Source: an uncultured virus (IMG/VR IMGVR_UViG_3300032295_002297) | Lineage: Duplodnaviria > Heunggongvirae > Uroviricota > Caudoviricetes | DNA length: 64,000 nt | Direction: 5' to 3' (one strand) | Virus record (IMG/VR): IMGVR_UViG_3300032295_002297 | Shown here: positions 41,924-51,054 of the stretch, in pieces | Position numbering within the stretch: position 1 is the first letter of the stretch | Layout of the letters: the number at the start of each line of letters is the position of its first letter | Position numbers and translations under genes: made by a program | Notes under the pieces: generated by a model | Seen by the model: the letters and a program-made list of their open reading frames with translations, nothing else | Databases searched by the model: none | What the model was told of the DNA's origin: nothing

Positions 41924-41930
41924 AAATTTT

Positions 41931-41939
41931 ATATTTATG
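41931..41939 (+). promoter_or_regulatory. Putative late promoter variant ATATTTATG
   Basis: One mismatch to the recurring motif; intergenic, before ATG 41979. Confidence 0.4.
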
Positions 41940-41978
41940 TAAAAGTTATAGTATATAATAACTAAAAAAATTAAAAAA

Positions 41979-42227
41979 ATGGAATGGAAAGTTTTAAGAA
42001 TGGATAAAACCATCGAATCAACATTTGAATCAGAGTTAGAGCCAGAAGCGCTTGTTACCGATTTAAACTCAACTACTGTAGAGGGTGTAGAACCTATTGG
42101 ATACTTTTTCTATAATGAGGGATTATTTGAAGAGTTAACAACAACTGTATCCGATACTAGCAATTTGAGAGTATTAGCAAATGATGACCACTATGCTAGA
42201 TTACTAGCTGAAAGTGCTGGGGCTTAA
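41979..42227 (+). CDS. Small acidic hypothetical protein
   Basis: 82-aa ORF with an A-rich leader. Confidence 0.7.
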   Translation: MEWKVLRMDKTIESTFESELEPEALVTDLNSTTVEGVEPIGYFFYNEGLFEELTTTVSDTSNLRVLANDDHYARLLAESAGA

Positions 42228-42247
42228 TTAGTTAATAAAAATGTTAT

Positions 42248-43180
42248 ATGAAGAAAATATTGGTTACGGGAAGTAGTGGACTGGTTGGTACACACTTAAT
42301 TGAAAAATTATTAAATAGGGGTTATGAGGTAATTGGTGTTGATTTTAATCCACCGGTTAAAACCATTGATAATCAAAACTTTAAGTTTATTTCTTTTGAT
42401 TTAAGAAATCAAACTGATGTAACCTTATTGTTCAATGATTTTAAATTTGATGGTGTTATAAATGCTTTTGGTATTAAGGGTTCTCCTGTAAAAGCATTAG
42501 AATCTCCTTTAGATTTCTTAGAACCTTCTATAAAGGTCAATACTAACATAATAGACAATTGTTTTAAACACAAAAGTTGGTTAGTATTTATGTCATCGGT
42601 TGGTGTATATCCAACTGCTGAAACTTTTGTTGAATATGATATGTGGAAAGCAATGCCATCTAAAAACGATTGGTATCCATCTTGGTCAAAACGAATTCCT
42701 GAACTTTATTTAGAAGCATATAAAATCCAATACAAATGGGAAGGTTGGTCTATAGTTAGACCTGCTAATATATTTGGTGAATATGATAACTTTGGAGCTG
42801 GTTCAACTGTAATTGCTTCAACTATAAAGAAAGTATATGAAGCGAATAATGAAATTGAAGCATGGGGGGATGGAACTCCTACGAGAGATTTTATTTATGC
42901 AGGAGATGTTGCTGATGCTTGTATTAAGTGTTTGGAAGATAGGTTGCATATTACTTCAAACTTAGGTAGTGGTGAGGATATTTCTATAAAACGAATGATA
43001 GAAACTGTTTCTAAAGTTAGTGGTAAAGAAATCCAAATAAATTGGGATACTACCAAACCAAATGGTGATATGAAAAGAAAAATGGATACAACTATACAAT
43101 CTGAATATGGTTTATTACCAAAATTGGGATTTGAAGAAGGAATAAAAGTTACATACGAATACTATGAAAAAAACAGATAA
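42248..43180 (+). CDS. GDP-fucose-synthase-like NAD-dependent epimerase/reductase
   Basis: VTGSSGLVG, RPANIFG, WGDGTPTRDFIYAGD, KPNGDMKR. The YxxxK motif is atypical. Confidence 0.8.
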   Translation: MKKILVTGSSGLVGTHLIEKLLNRGYEVIGVDFNPPVKTIDNQNFKFISFDLRNQTDVTLLFNDFKFDGVINAFGIKGSPVKALESPLDFLEPSIKVNTNIIDNCFKHKSWLVFMSSVGVYPTAETFVEYDMWKAMPSKNDWYPSWSKRIPELYLEAYKIQYKWEGWSIVRPANIFGEYDNFGAGSTVIASTIKKVYEANNEIEAWGDGTPTRDFIYAGDVADACIKCLEDRLHITSNLGSGEDISIKRMIETVSKVSGKEIQINWDTTKPNGDMKRKMDTTIQSEYGLLPKLGFEEGIKVTYEYYEKNR

Positions 43181-44156
43181 AATATTAGTTACTGGAGCCG
43201 GTGGATTCATTGGTTCACGTTTACTAAAAGCGTTATGGGAAAGTGGTTACACTAATTTACGTGCAACATCCCATAGTAGAAATTTAAGAAATGATTTTGA
43301 AGGATGTAGTTCAATACCATTTTATAAAGGCAATTTGCAAGATGCTAAGTTTTGTAATGAAATCTCAGAAGCAATTGATGTAGTATTCCATTGCGCAGCA
43401 AATACTACAAACGCATTAGATACCAAAGTCAATCCACTTTTACACGTTACTCCAAACATAGAGATGAACGTTAACTTAATGGAACAAAGTTGGAAAAATG
43501 GTGTGAAGAAGTTTGTATTTCCATCATCAAATACAACATATCCTGATATGGGTTCAACTCCATGTACAGAAGATATTGAAGTTCAAACTCCAAACATATA
43601 TCCTGTTTATAAAGCAGTGGGTTGGATGAAAAGATATACCGAAACACTTTGTGATTTCTTTTCTAATCAGATTCATAATCCAATGCAGTGTATTATATTA
43701 AGACCTTCAAACGCATTTGGTCCAAATGATAAATACGATTTTGAAAAGTGTCACGTTACACCTGCTTCTATTAGAAAGGTGGCTGATGGATTGAATCCTA
43801 TACCTGTTTGGGGAGATGGCAGTGAAGTAAGAGATATTATTCACGTTGATGATATGGTTAGTGGTTTTATTACCATAGCAGAGCAAGTGGATACATATGA
43901 TATCTATAATGTTTGTTATGGTGAGGGATACACTGTTAATGAGGTTTTAAACACTATTAAAGAGCTCGAAGGAAACGATAACCCAATTGAGTATGTAAAT
44001 AACAAAGCTCCAATGATACCGGTTAGATTGCTTTCTAATGAGAAGCTTCGTAAGTTGGGATGGAAACCTAAATATGATTTAAAAAGTGGATTGGAAGATG
44101 CCTTAAAATGGTATAAAGAACACAAAAAAGAATTTAACCCGAATTCAAAACCTTAA
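43164..44156 (+). CDS. GDP-fucose-synthase-like NAD-dependent epimerase/reductase
   Basis: VTGAGGFIG, RPSNAFGPND, HVTPA, VWGDGSEVRDIIHVDD. The YxxxK motif is atypical. Confidence 0.8.
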   Translation: MKKTDKILVTGAGGFIGSRLLKALWESGYTNLRATSHSRNLRNDFEGCSSIPFYKGNLQDAKFCNEISEAIDVVFHCAANTTNALDTKVNPLLHVTPNIEMNVNLMEQSWKNGVKKFVFPSSNTTYPDMGSTPCTEDIEVQTPNIYPVYKAVGWMKRYTETLCDFFSNQIHNPMQCIILRPSNAFGPNDKYDFEKCHVTPASIRKVADGLNPIPVWGDGSEVRDIIHVDDMVSGFITIAEQVDTYDIYNVCYGEGYTVNEVLNTIKELEGNDNPIEYVNNKAPMIPVRLLSNEKLRKLGWKPKYDLKSGLEDALKWYKEHKKEFNPNSKP

Positions 44157-44160
44157 TCAA

Positions 44161-44694
44161 ATGATAAGTTACACTAATTACAAAGATCAGTTATCGGAAG
44201 CAATGAAAATGTGTAATGATGTAGAAAATTCTATATTCATTGGACAACAAATATTGTGGAAAGGTAATCCAATGTCAACTACATTAGATTATGTTGATAA
44301 AGAAAAAATGATTGAAGTGCCTGTTATGGAAGAAACTCAAATGGGTATGAGTTTAGGATTAGCTATGGCGGGTAAATTTGTAGTTACATTTTATCCGAGA
44401 TGGGATTTTATTATATGTGCAGCAAATCAGTTAGTAAATCACATAGATAAATATTCATTAATGACTGGAGTTACTCCACATATCATAATCAGAATAGGTA
44501 AGGGTTCGGATAAACCACTTGACCCCGGTCATCAACATAAAGGAAATTATATAGAGGAATTTAAAAGTATGTTAAAGACCGTTGAAGTATTAGATTGCCA
44601 GACAGTAGTAGATATACAATTAAATTATGAATATGCTATTAAAAATAAAGGTATTTATTTAATCAATGAATACCCTGAAAAATATTATAATTAA
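44161..44694 (+). CDS. TPP-dependent E1-beta / transketolase pyrimidine-binding domain (short)
   Basis: IFIGQ, IEVPVMEETQMGMSLGLAMAG, FIICAANQLVNH, GHQH. Confidence 0.8.
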   Translation: MISYTNYKDQLSEAMKMCNDVENSIFIGQQILWKGNPMSTTLDYVDKEKMIEVPVMEETQMGMSLGLAMAGKFVVTFYPRWDFIICAANQLVNHIDKYSLMTGVTPHIIIRIGKGSDKPLDPGHQHKGNYIEEFKSMLKTVEVLDCQTVVDIQLNYEYAIKNKGIYLINEYPEKYYN

Positions 44695-44702
44695 AATGTT
44701 AT

Positions 44703-45842
44703 ATGAACAAACGAATACTGGATTATGGATATGTATCCATTAGAATATTACAACCATTCTATTCGTTACCAGATACCCGAGATAATGCAAATGGGGTATA
44801 TGATATAATAATATGCGAAAGAGATACATTTCAAGATGATTTAGAAGGTATTTTATCGTTTTCGCATAAAGACACAAAAATTCTTATTGATATAATTTCA
44901 GAATCGGGAAATTTAGATAATTTTATTGATATATTTTTAGATTTAACTAACAAATATAATGATGTTAACTTTTACTTATTAGTTGATAGTGAATTTAATA
45001 TAAAAGTTGGTGATAATGTAAAAATACTACAATCATACAAATTATCCTTTTTGCCATTTTTTGAAAACTACTGCGTAGATAAGCACGATTCGCAATTCAT
45101 ATTAGATGATACAAACATATATGATAAAAAGAATGGATTTTTATCACTAAATGGTTCTATGCGAACTCAAAGGATATTATTATTAAAGGAGTTAATTAAA
45201 AGTGGATATATAACTTCAAATGGAGTTGTTACAAATGTGGATAATAATATTTCTTTTTTATTTTATGGTAACAACAAATTTGACAAAGATAGCTATACTT
45301 TATTTATAGATAATATGTTAGCAAATGGTGAAATAGATAATGATGATTTTTGTTTGTTAGAAGATATTTCAGATAATTTACCAATTATAGTTAGAGGTGA
45401 AAGTGGTGAAAGACCAGATTTATTATTAAGAGAATACTATAGTAATATACTAAACTTAGTTACAGATAATGCTGTTGGATTTGATGATTCTGATAACTTT
45501 AAATATGGGACAATAACACTTACCGAAAAAGCATGGAAACCTTTTAAAACACATCAACTTCCATTATATATAGGATTGCCTGGCTATGTTGATGTTATTA
45601 GAAATTTAGGATTTGATGTTTATGATGATTTTATAGATCATAGTTATGATAAAGAAATGAATCATATCGAACGAATTAAAATGGTAGTTGATGAATTAAA
45701 TAGAATAACTAAATTAGATATGCTGGAGTTTTATAATACCAATCGCAAGAGATTTGTTAAAAACTGCGCTCATATTTATAAATTAAAGGCAGAAGCTTAT
45801 TTAGAACTTAATAATTTTATAATAGAAAACGATTTAATATAA
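44703..45842 (+). CDS. Putative glycosyltransferase, GT10-like family (paralog 3)
   Basis: FLSLNGSMRTQR and LVTDN...LTEKAWKPF...PLYIG...LGFDVYDDFIDHSYD. Confidence 0.5.
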   Translation: MNKRILDYGYVSIRILQPFYSLPDTRDNANGVYDIIICERDTFQDDLEGILSFSHKDTKILIDIISESGNLDNFIDIFLDLTNKYNDVNFYLLVDSEFNIKVGDNVKILQSYKLSFLPFFENYCVDKHDSQFILDDTNIYDKKNGFLSLNGSMRTQRILLLKELIKSGYITSNGVVTNVDNNISFLFYGNNKFDKDSYTLFIDNMLANGEIDNDDFCLLEDISDNLPIIVRGESGERPDLLLREYYSNILNLVTDNAVGFDDSDNFKYGTITLTEKAWKPFKTHQLPLYIGLPGYVDVIRNLGFDVYDDFIDHSYDKEMNHIERIKMVVDELNRITKLDMLEFYNTNRKRFVKNCAHIYKLKAEAYLELNNFIIENDLI

Positions 45843-46795
45843 TGAGGTCATCGTATTTCATAAGTCCAAAACATTATAGTAAGGTATGTGATATTGCAGC
45901 AGAAGCTGTGGTTCAATTATATACAAACACAAATGAATTGTATTATTCAGATGTATTTTCACATATTATAAATAATAAATTGCATGTAATGGGATGGGTT
46001 AGTTCAAATGCTCATTTTTCATTGGATGAAATAAAAAATTTTATATTAGAATGTATTGAGATTGATATTCAGGTTATTTTATCATTAGAACAAGTTCCTA
46101 TTATTCCAAATATGATTGATATTGATAGCGGAACTTTTTTAGGCTATTCTACTAATGAAAACCCACAAGGAATTCCGTTTGAACATGTAGAAGTGAAAAA
46201 TATAACAAAGTTTATATATGATAGCATTAATGAGGCTGTGAAAGTTGGTATTACCATAAATGGTAAACAAATAGATGTTATGGTAGAAACCAATTACGAT
46301 GATAAAAGTATAATAGATTTAGTTAATTTATATTTGTCCAATAAAAGTTATTTACGTACAAGTGTTAATGTAAGTAAAATCAATAATAAAATCTATAAAT
46401 CGGGAGAAAATTTTATTTTAAACGCATATGGTCCTAGAGCACCATATGGTAACACTAAATTTGTGGGTTTGGATGTATATAGGAATTCTAAATACTCACA
46501 TTTAGTTTCAAAAGAAGTAGCTGGTAAAATTTTAATTAAACAAAACCTAAACTATTCATTAGTTGAATTGACCTATTCATTTAATAACGAAACTCCAATA
46601 CAATATGGTATAAAGGGTAATAATACTGGTATTCATATAGAAAATGGAACATTTTTTGAATATGGTGAAAATTTTAATGAACTAATTACTATAAAAAATA
46701 ATATTATAGAAAAAATAAAATCAAACCCAAAATCATTAGTTGAACTTTCAAAATGGGGTTATTTTAATCTAAATACAAAATATGAAAAAATATAA
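45842..46795 (+). CDS. Degenerate S-adenosylmethionine synthetase (MetK)-like protein
   Basis: Colinear motif relics: KHYSKVCD (GHPDKICD), DSGTFLGYSTNE (DQGLMFGYATNE), SGENFILNAYG..APYGNTKFVGLD (TGRKIIVDTYG..ARHGGGAFSGKD), ELTYS (QVSYA), SKWGYF (AAYGHF). Confidence 0.65.
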   Translation: MRSSYFISPKHYSKVCDIAAEAVVQLYTNTNELYYSDVFSHIINNKLHVMGWVSSNAHFSLDEIKNFILECIEIDIQVILSLEQVPIIPNMIDIDSGTFLGYSTNENPQGIPFEHVEVKNITKFIYDSINEAVKVGITINGKQIDVMVETNYDDKSIIDLVNLYLSNKSYLRTSVNVSKINNKIYKSGENFILNAYGPRAPYGNTKFVGLDVYRNSKYSHLVSKEVAGKILIKQNLNYSLVELTYSFNNETPIQYGIKGNNTGIHIENGTFFEYGENFNELITIKNNIIEKIKSNPKSLVELSKWGYFNLNTKYEKI

Positions 46796-47750
46796 ATACT
46801 TGGTGGTAAATGGATGTTCTCAAACATCCGGCCAAATGTGCCCTGTTAGTGAAACTTGGGCAGTAAAATTAGCAAAACGATTGGGTCTTGAATTAATAAA
46901 CTTAGCATCTGCTGGAACGGGTTGGTATAAGGTTGAAACATCAACGATGTCTTTTATAAACAACAACAAAGATATATTAGATGAGTGTTTCTTCATCTTA
47001 CAAAAATCAGAGCTGGCTAGACGAGTTAATTATGAAGAGTTGGCTACAAATAAAACTGATATTTGGGAAAAATGGAACATAAACTATATGTCTCATACCG
47101 ATTTACAATTTCAAGGATATATTGATTTTGAAAAATATGGATTTAATAAACCAATGCAGCATAGATTGGATGATGTAAATCAGGAATTTCAACTTTATGA
47201 TGAATTGGGTGATTTTTTAGAAACAAGTAAATTGGGATTCTTTCCTGAACATAAACATTATCCAAATTCTAGACATTTTTGGAAATTAGGTGAAAATAAT
47301 GATATAGATCCACCCTATATACAAGAACAATTTGAAGAATTGATGCTACATTGGGGGTTACGAATTTCTTCGTTCCATTTATTACTTAAAAATATGGGAA
47401 TTGACCATATTATTGTTGATGGATACTCTCCATTTATGTCTTATAAGTTGAATTTTAGGAATTATTATGATACTGATGAGGAATTTGATTGGGTTAAACG
47501 ATTTTGGTCAACCGAAACCGATGATCCTACCGATGAAATGGTATATGATTTTAAAAACATCAAATGTGCGTGGATTTTTGATATGATTCCATTGGAATAT
47601 AAGATAGATGATGTAGTTTTGTGGTCTTTGTATCAATTTAAGGTACATGGAACAGATTGGAACGCAGATGGGGGGCATGCCGGCCCAAAAGGCATGGATA
47701 TTATAGAAGAGGTTATTTATAAAAATTTAGTAGAAAAAAATTGGTTTTAA
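46782..47750 (+). CDS. SGNH-like protein (3 of 9)
   Basis: VNGCSQTSG, INLASAGTG, DGGHAGPKG. Confidence 0.65.
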   Translation: MKKYKYLVVNGCSQTSGQMCPVSETWAVKLAKRLGLELINLASAGTGWYKVETSTMSFINNNKDILDECFFILQKSELARRVNYEELATNKTDIWEKWNINYMSHTDLQFQGYIDFEKYGFNKPMQHRLDDVNQEFQLYDELGDFLETSKLGFFPEHKHYPNSRHFWKLGENNDIDPPYIQEQFEELMLHWGLRISSFHLLLKNMGIDHIIVDGYSPFMSYKLNFRNYYDTDEEFDWVKRFWSTETDDPTDEMVYDFKNIKCAWIFDMIPLEYKIDDVVLWSLYQFKVHGTDWNADGGHAGPKGMDIIEEVIYKNLVEKNWF

Positions 47751-47771
47751 CAAAAAAAAATCGTATCTTTA
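47741..47771 (+). promoter_or_regulatory. Bacteroidota-type promoter (near consensus)
   Basis: TTG 47741-47743, a 20-nt spacer, then TATCTTTA 47764-47771. Shares the TCGTAT context seen at 24387 and 25572. Confidence 0.45.
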
Positions 47772-47899
47772 TGGTTAATTGCATTAAAAAATTGTGGAAG
47801 AAGTTCCAAGACAATCGTAAACGTAAAAAGTTAGAAAAACTTTACAAAGAAAGACTTGCGGAGCTCAAAAAAAGAGACCCGTTTGTTTATAAACATTAA
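47771..47899 (+). CDS. Small basic protein (42 aa, ...LKKRDPFVYKH), not in the ORF track
   Basis: MVNCIKKLWKKFQDNRKRKKLEKLYKERLAELKKRDPFVYKH, ending TAA 47897-47899. It fills the gap before ATG 47904. Confidence 0.6.
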   Translation: MVNCIKKLWKKFQDNRKRKKLEKLYKERLAELKKRDPFVYKH

Positions 47900-47903
47900 T
47901 TGT

Positions 47904-48308
47904 ATGAAAGAAAGAAAGTATTTACCTACATTAGCCGAATTAATTGATAGATTATCAATATCTCAGTTAAAAGAGGTGTTTATTTCACAACATAAAGAAG
48001 AATATGCTCAAGAAATAAAAGATATTGTACATGATATCCAATTATTCTTAGATGAAAGTAAAGAACCAATTACAGCTGAAACTATTAGGGCAATTGTAGT
48101 TCTTTCTCAGATGAATCTACATATTTGGTCAAATGAATCAAATGTTAGAAACGGAAAAGAAGGACCTAATGCATTGGCATTAACGCATGGGTTAAATGGT
48201 ATTCGTAATACTGCTAAAAATAAAATACAAGAAGTGGTTGGTGGTAGAAAAGATTACAAAATAGATTGTTTGGCATCTGAATTCAAAGATTGGGAAATTA
48301 GTTGGTAA
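47904..48308 (+). CDS. Helical hypothetical protein (DUF6165-like ELIDRLSI motif)
   Basis: TLAELIDRLSISQLK...NLHIW..E...R...N..RN.AKNKI. ATG 47904 preferred over the track start at 47856. Confidence 0.6.
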   Translation: MKERKYLPTLAELIDRLSISQLKEVFISQHKEEYAQEIKDIVHDIQLFLDESKEPITAETIRAIVVLSQMNLHIWSNESNVRNGKEGPNALALTHGLNGIRNTAKNKIQEVVGGRKDYKIDCLASEFKDWEISW

Positions 48309-48309
48309 T

Positions 48310-49257
48310 ATGAAAAAATATATCATACTTGGTGGATGTAGTTACACATATAGAGCTCAATCGTATTTAGAAGGTTTATTAAATAAATTATCAGGTAAAA
48401 AAAATACTCCATTAGATAGATGTGATATTAAAATAATACATATTGGTGGTTCTTCCGCTAGTAATGAATTTATAACACAAACAATTACTACTACAATACA
48501 ATCTTTATTAGATAACAAAGTTAATCCTAAAGATATATTGGTTATTAACAACTTTACCCAAATAGGTAGGCAGTTTGCAAAATTACCATATGAGTATCAT
48601 TCTTTAGCTGACGAAATTTTAATGAAAGATGTTGGACAACGTAGATATATTCATGAGCCAGATATAACAGATTATTATCATTTTTCACCATCATTAATTA
48701 GGTTTAAAAATGAAATTTACTCTTTTTTTATATCTAATCATAATTTAAATGGATTTGTTAAGGATTGGTATAATTATGAAAATGATATTAAACACATTAA
48801 AAAAAATATAATTGAACATTTCGAATCATATCTTTCTAGTATTGTTATACTACAATCATTTGTAAAAAAACACAATATAGAAACAATATCTTTTTTGATG
48901 AATAATGTTTTTGATGGGTGGGGTGATAATTTTGAGCATGTATATAATAAACATACTGAATTTAATTTACCAAGCACAAAAGGAACAAAACATATTTCTG
49001 AAATTAATGATTATACAAAGATATTGTGGGATTGCATAGACTTAGATATGTTTGTATTTCATTCTACGGAAGAAAATAAATATGGTGGTATTGATGAATA
49101 TATGCTTGATAAATACTCTGATAAAGAATATGTTCAAAGTCCGGAAAGGGAAGATTTAATATTTGGAAATCACCCAACGGAAATAATATATGAGAAATTT
49201 ACACATGATTATATGGTTGATAAATTAAAAAATTGGATTAATGAAATACATAGTTAA
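48310..49257 (+). CDS. SGNH-like protein (4 of 9)
   Basis: LGGCSYT, GGSSASN, GGIDEY, GNHPT. Confidence 0.6.
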   Translation: MKKYIILGGCSYTYRAQSYLEGLLNKLSGKKNTPLDRCDIKIIHIGGSSASNEFITQTITTTIQSLLDNKVNPKDILVINNFTQIGRQFAKLPYEYHSLADEILMKDVGQRRYIHEPDITDYYHFSPSLIRFKNEIYSFFISNHNLNGFVKDWYNYENDIKHIKKNIIEHFESYLSSIVILQSFVKKHNIETISFLMNNVFDGWGDNFEHVYNKHTEFNLPSTKGTKHISEINDYTKILWDCIDLDMFVFHSTEENKYGGIDEYMLDKYSDKEYVQSPEREDLIFGNHPTEIIYEKFTHDYMVDKLKNWINEIHS

Positions 49258-50272
49258 TACAGGGTGTAGTTATGGTGTGATGTTTCGTTCAATGAAAGAG
49301 TTTACTGATGGAAACGATAATAATTTTCAAATTATAGATTTACATTGTGATTCACATGGGGCAGAATATCAAAAAAGAAGTGTAATATATACTATTTCTA
49401 AATTGTTAAAAAAAGGTATATCTACATCTGATATATTTGTAATAACCGAATGGTCACAACCAAACCGATTATTTATAGAATTACCAAAGGATAACTCATC
49501 TCACATATTGGGTAATATAAAAAATTCAGAAGGAACATTTATATTAGATAATAAATTTAATAGATTAAATGATTCGTATGAGTATATTGCAAAATACAAA
49601 TCATTAAATTGTGTATTTGGTGATAGAGTTTATTTAAATCCTGATGTTGATAGTTTTGATGAATTAGAAGATTCTGATTTGATAACTTATTTAGAATTAT
49701 TTAAAGAAAGAGTTCATATATCTCATAAACCAATAGACAGATTAGAACAATATCTGACTAGTATATTGGATTTGCAAAATTATTTAAAATCAAATGGTAT
49801 AGAATATAAGTTCTTTTTAATGAATAATACATTTGAAGGATACTATAAAAATTACTCACATATATACGGAGATGATTCTATATTTGGATATTTAAACAAA
49901 GAACAAATAAACATACCACAATTAAAAGGTATGCTACATATAAACAAATTTTCAGACTATCTAAAATCAATTTGGGAGTTAATAGATTTGAATGGATTTG
50001 TATTTTATAAAACTGATAATTTTAATTATGGTGGAATAGATGAATATGCTATGGAAAAATTTGGACATATTGCATATACATCAGGTGCAAATGAATGGGA
50101 TATACCATCGGAAGGATATGTAACATCATTTGGTGCACATCCTCATGATTCCGTATATATTGATTTTTTTAAAGATTATATATACGAATCCATTATTCCT
50201 TTTATAGGTGAACTCACATTTGATTTTACTAATAGATGGGATAGAACAAAACATAATGCTATAAGACAATGA
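49241..50272 (+). CDS. SGNH-like protein (5 of 9), paralog of the previous gene
   Basis: NTGCSYG, EWSQPNR, FLMNNTFEG, GGIDEY, GAHP. Confidence 0.6.
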   Translation: MKYIVNTGCSYGVMFRSMKEFTDGNDNNFQIIDLHCDSHGAEYQKRSVIYTISKLLKKGISTSDIFVITEWSQPNRLFIELPKDNSSHILGNIKNSEGTFILDNKFNRLNDSYEYIAKYKSLNCVFGDRVYLNPDVDSFDELEDSDLITYLELFKERVHISHKPIDRLEQYLTSILDLQNYLKSNGIEYKFFLMNNTFEGYYKNYSHIYGDDSIFGYLNKEQINIPQLKGMLHINKFSDYLKSIWELIDLNGFVFYKTDNFNYGGIDEYAMEKFGHIAYTSGANEWDIPSEGYVTSFGAHPHDSVYIDFFKDYIYESIIPFIGELTFDFTNRWDRTKHNAIRQ

Positions 50273-51054
50273 TACAAAAAAAAGAAGAGTGGCAACGTAA
50301 TAAAGCAGAAGGATTTGCTAGAGCTACTATAGATAATTTCTTAGATGAGGATACTTGTATGAAATTGTATGAGGAATGTGTAAGTGCACCCAAAGGTGGC
50401 TGGACAGTATTCACAAGAGCAGGTTCTCGTATGGAAGAGTTTAATGATTTAATTTCATTACCAACTGCACATAAAGTTACATACGATATAATGCACTCAG
50501 GCGAATTCCTATATGAGTTGGAACAAATGACAGGTATTACGGGATTGTTGCCAGATCCACATTTAGTTGGGGCTGGGTATTCTATATTAAGAAATGGAAC
50601 TGTATTATCACCACATTATGATTTTAATTGGAATGATAGATTACGATTGCATAGAAAGTTAACATCACTACTTTACATTACTCCAAATTGGAAAGAAGAG
50701 TGGGGTGGGCATAATGTAACTTGGACAGATAATCCAGAATTAGACCCATCTGCCAAAATCGTAGAATCGGTGGCACCATTGTTTAATAGATTTGTTATAT
50801 CAGAAAATGTTCCAAAAGGACCTGTTCATAGTGTTAGTAAAATAGATTGCCCGAACGATGTATATGGGAGATGTGCAATACGTTTCTTTTATTACATATC
50901 AACATCAGAACCGGATAAAGAAAATCCACCTCATAGAAGCACTTACAAAACAAACGAATACTCTCATTACAAATTACATGAAGAAGAAAATTGGAATGGT
51001 CATTTTGTAGGTAACGGTGGTGAGGATTATGGTTATAAACCAAAAAATAAATGA
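50269..51054 (+). CDS. 2OG-Fe(II) oxygenase (prolyl-hydroxylase-like, 2OG-FeII_Oxy_3)
   Basis: PDPHLVGAG, HYDFN, LLYITPNWKEEWGG, PLFNRFVI, VHSV, R.AIRFFYY. Confidence 0.85.
   Translation: MIQKKEEWQRNKAEGFARATIDNFLDEDTCMKLYEECVSAPKGGWTVFTRAGSRMEEFNDLISLPTAHKVTYDIMHSGEFLYELEQMTGITGLLPDPHLVGAGYSILRNGTVLSPHYDFNWNDRLRLHRKLTSLLYITPNWKEEWGGHNVTWTDNPELDPSAKIVESVAPLFNRFVISENVPKGPVHSVSKIDCPNDVYGRCAIRFFYYISTSEPDKENPPHRSTYKTNEYSHYKLHEEENWNGHFVGNGGEDYGYKPKNK

Noticed and set aside
41294..44694. Pyruvate dehydrogenase auxiliary metabolic genes
   Set aside because: The subunits are short, separated by sugar SDRs and lack E2/E3, so a sugar-branching role fits better.
47856..47903. Track start at 47856 for the 150-aa ORF
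   Set aside because: It overlaps the 42-aa KRDPF ORF; ATG 47904 just after that ORF's stop is more plausible.
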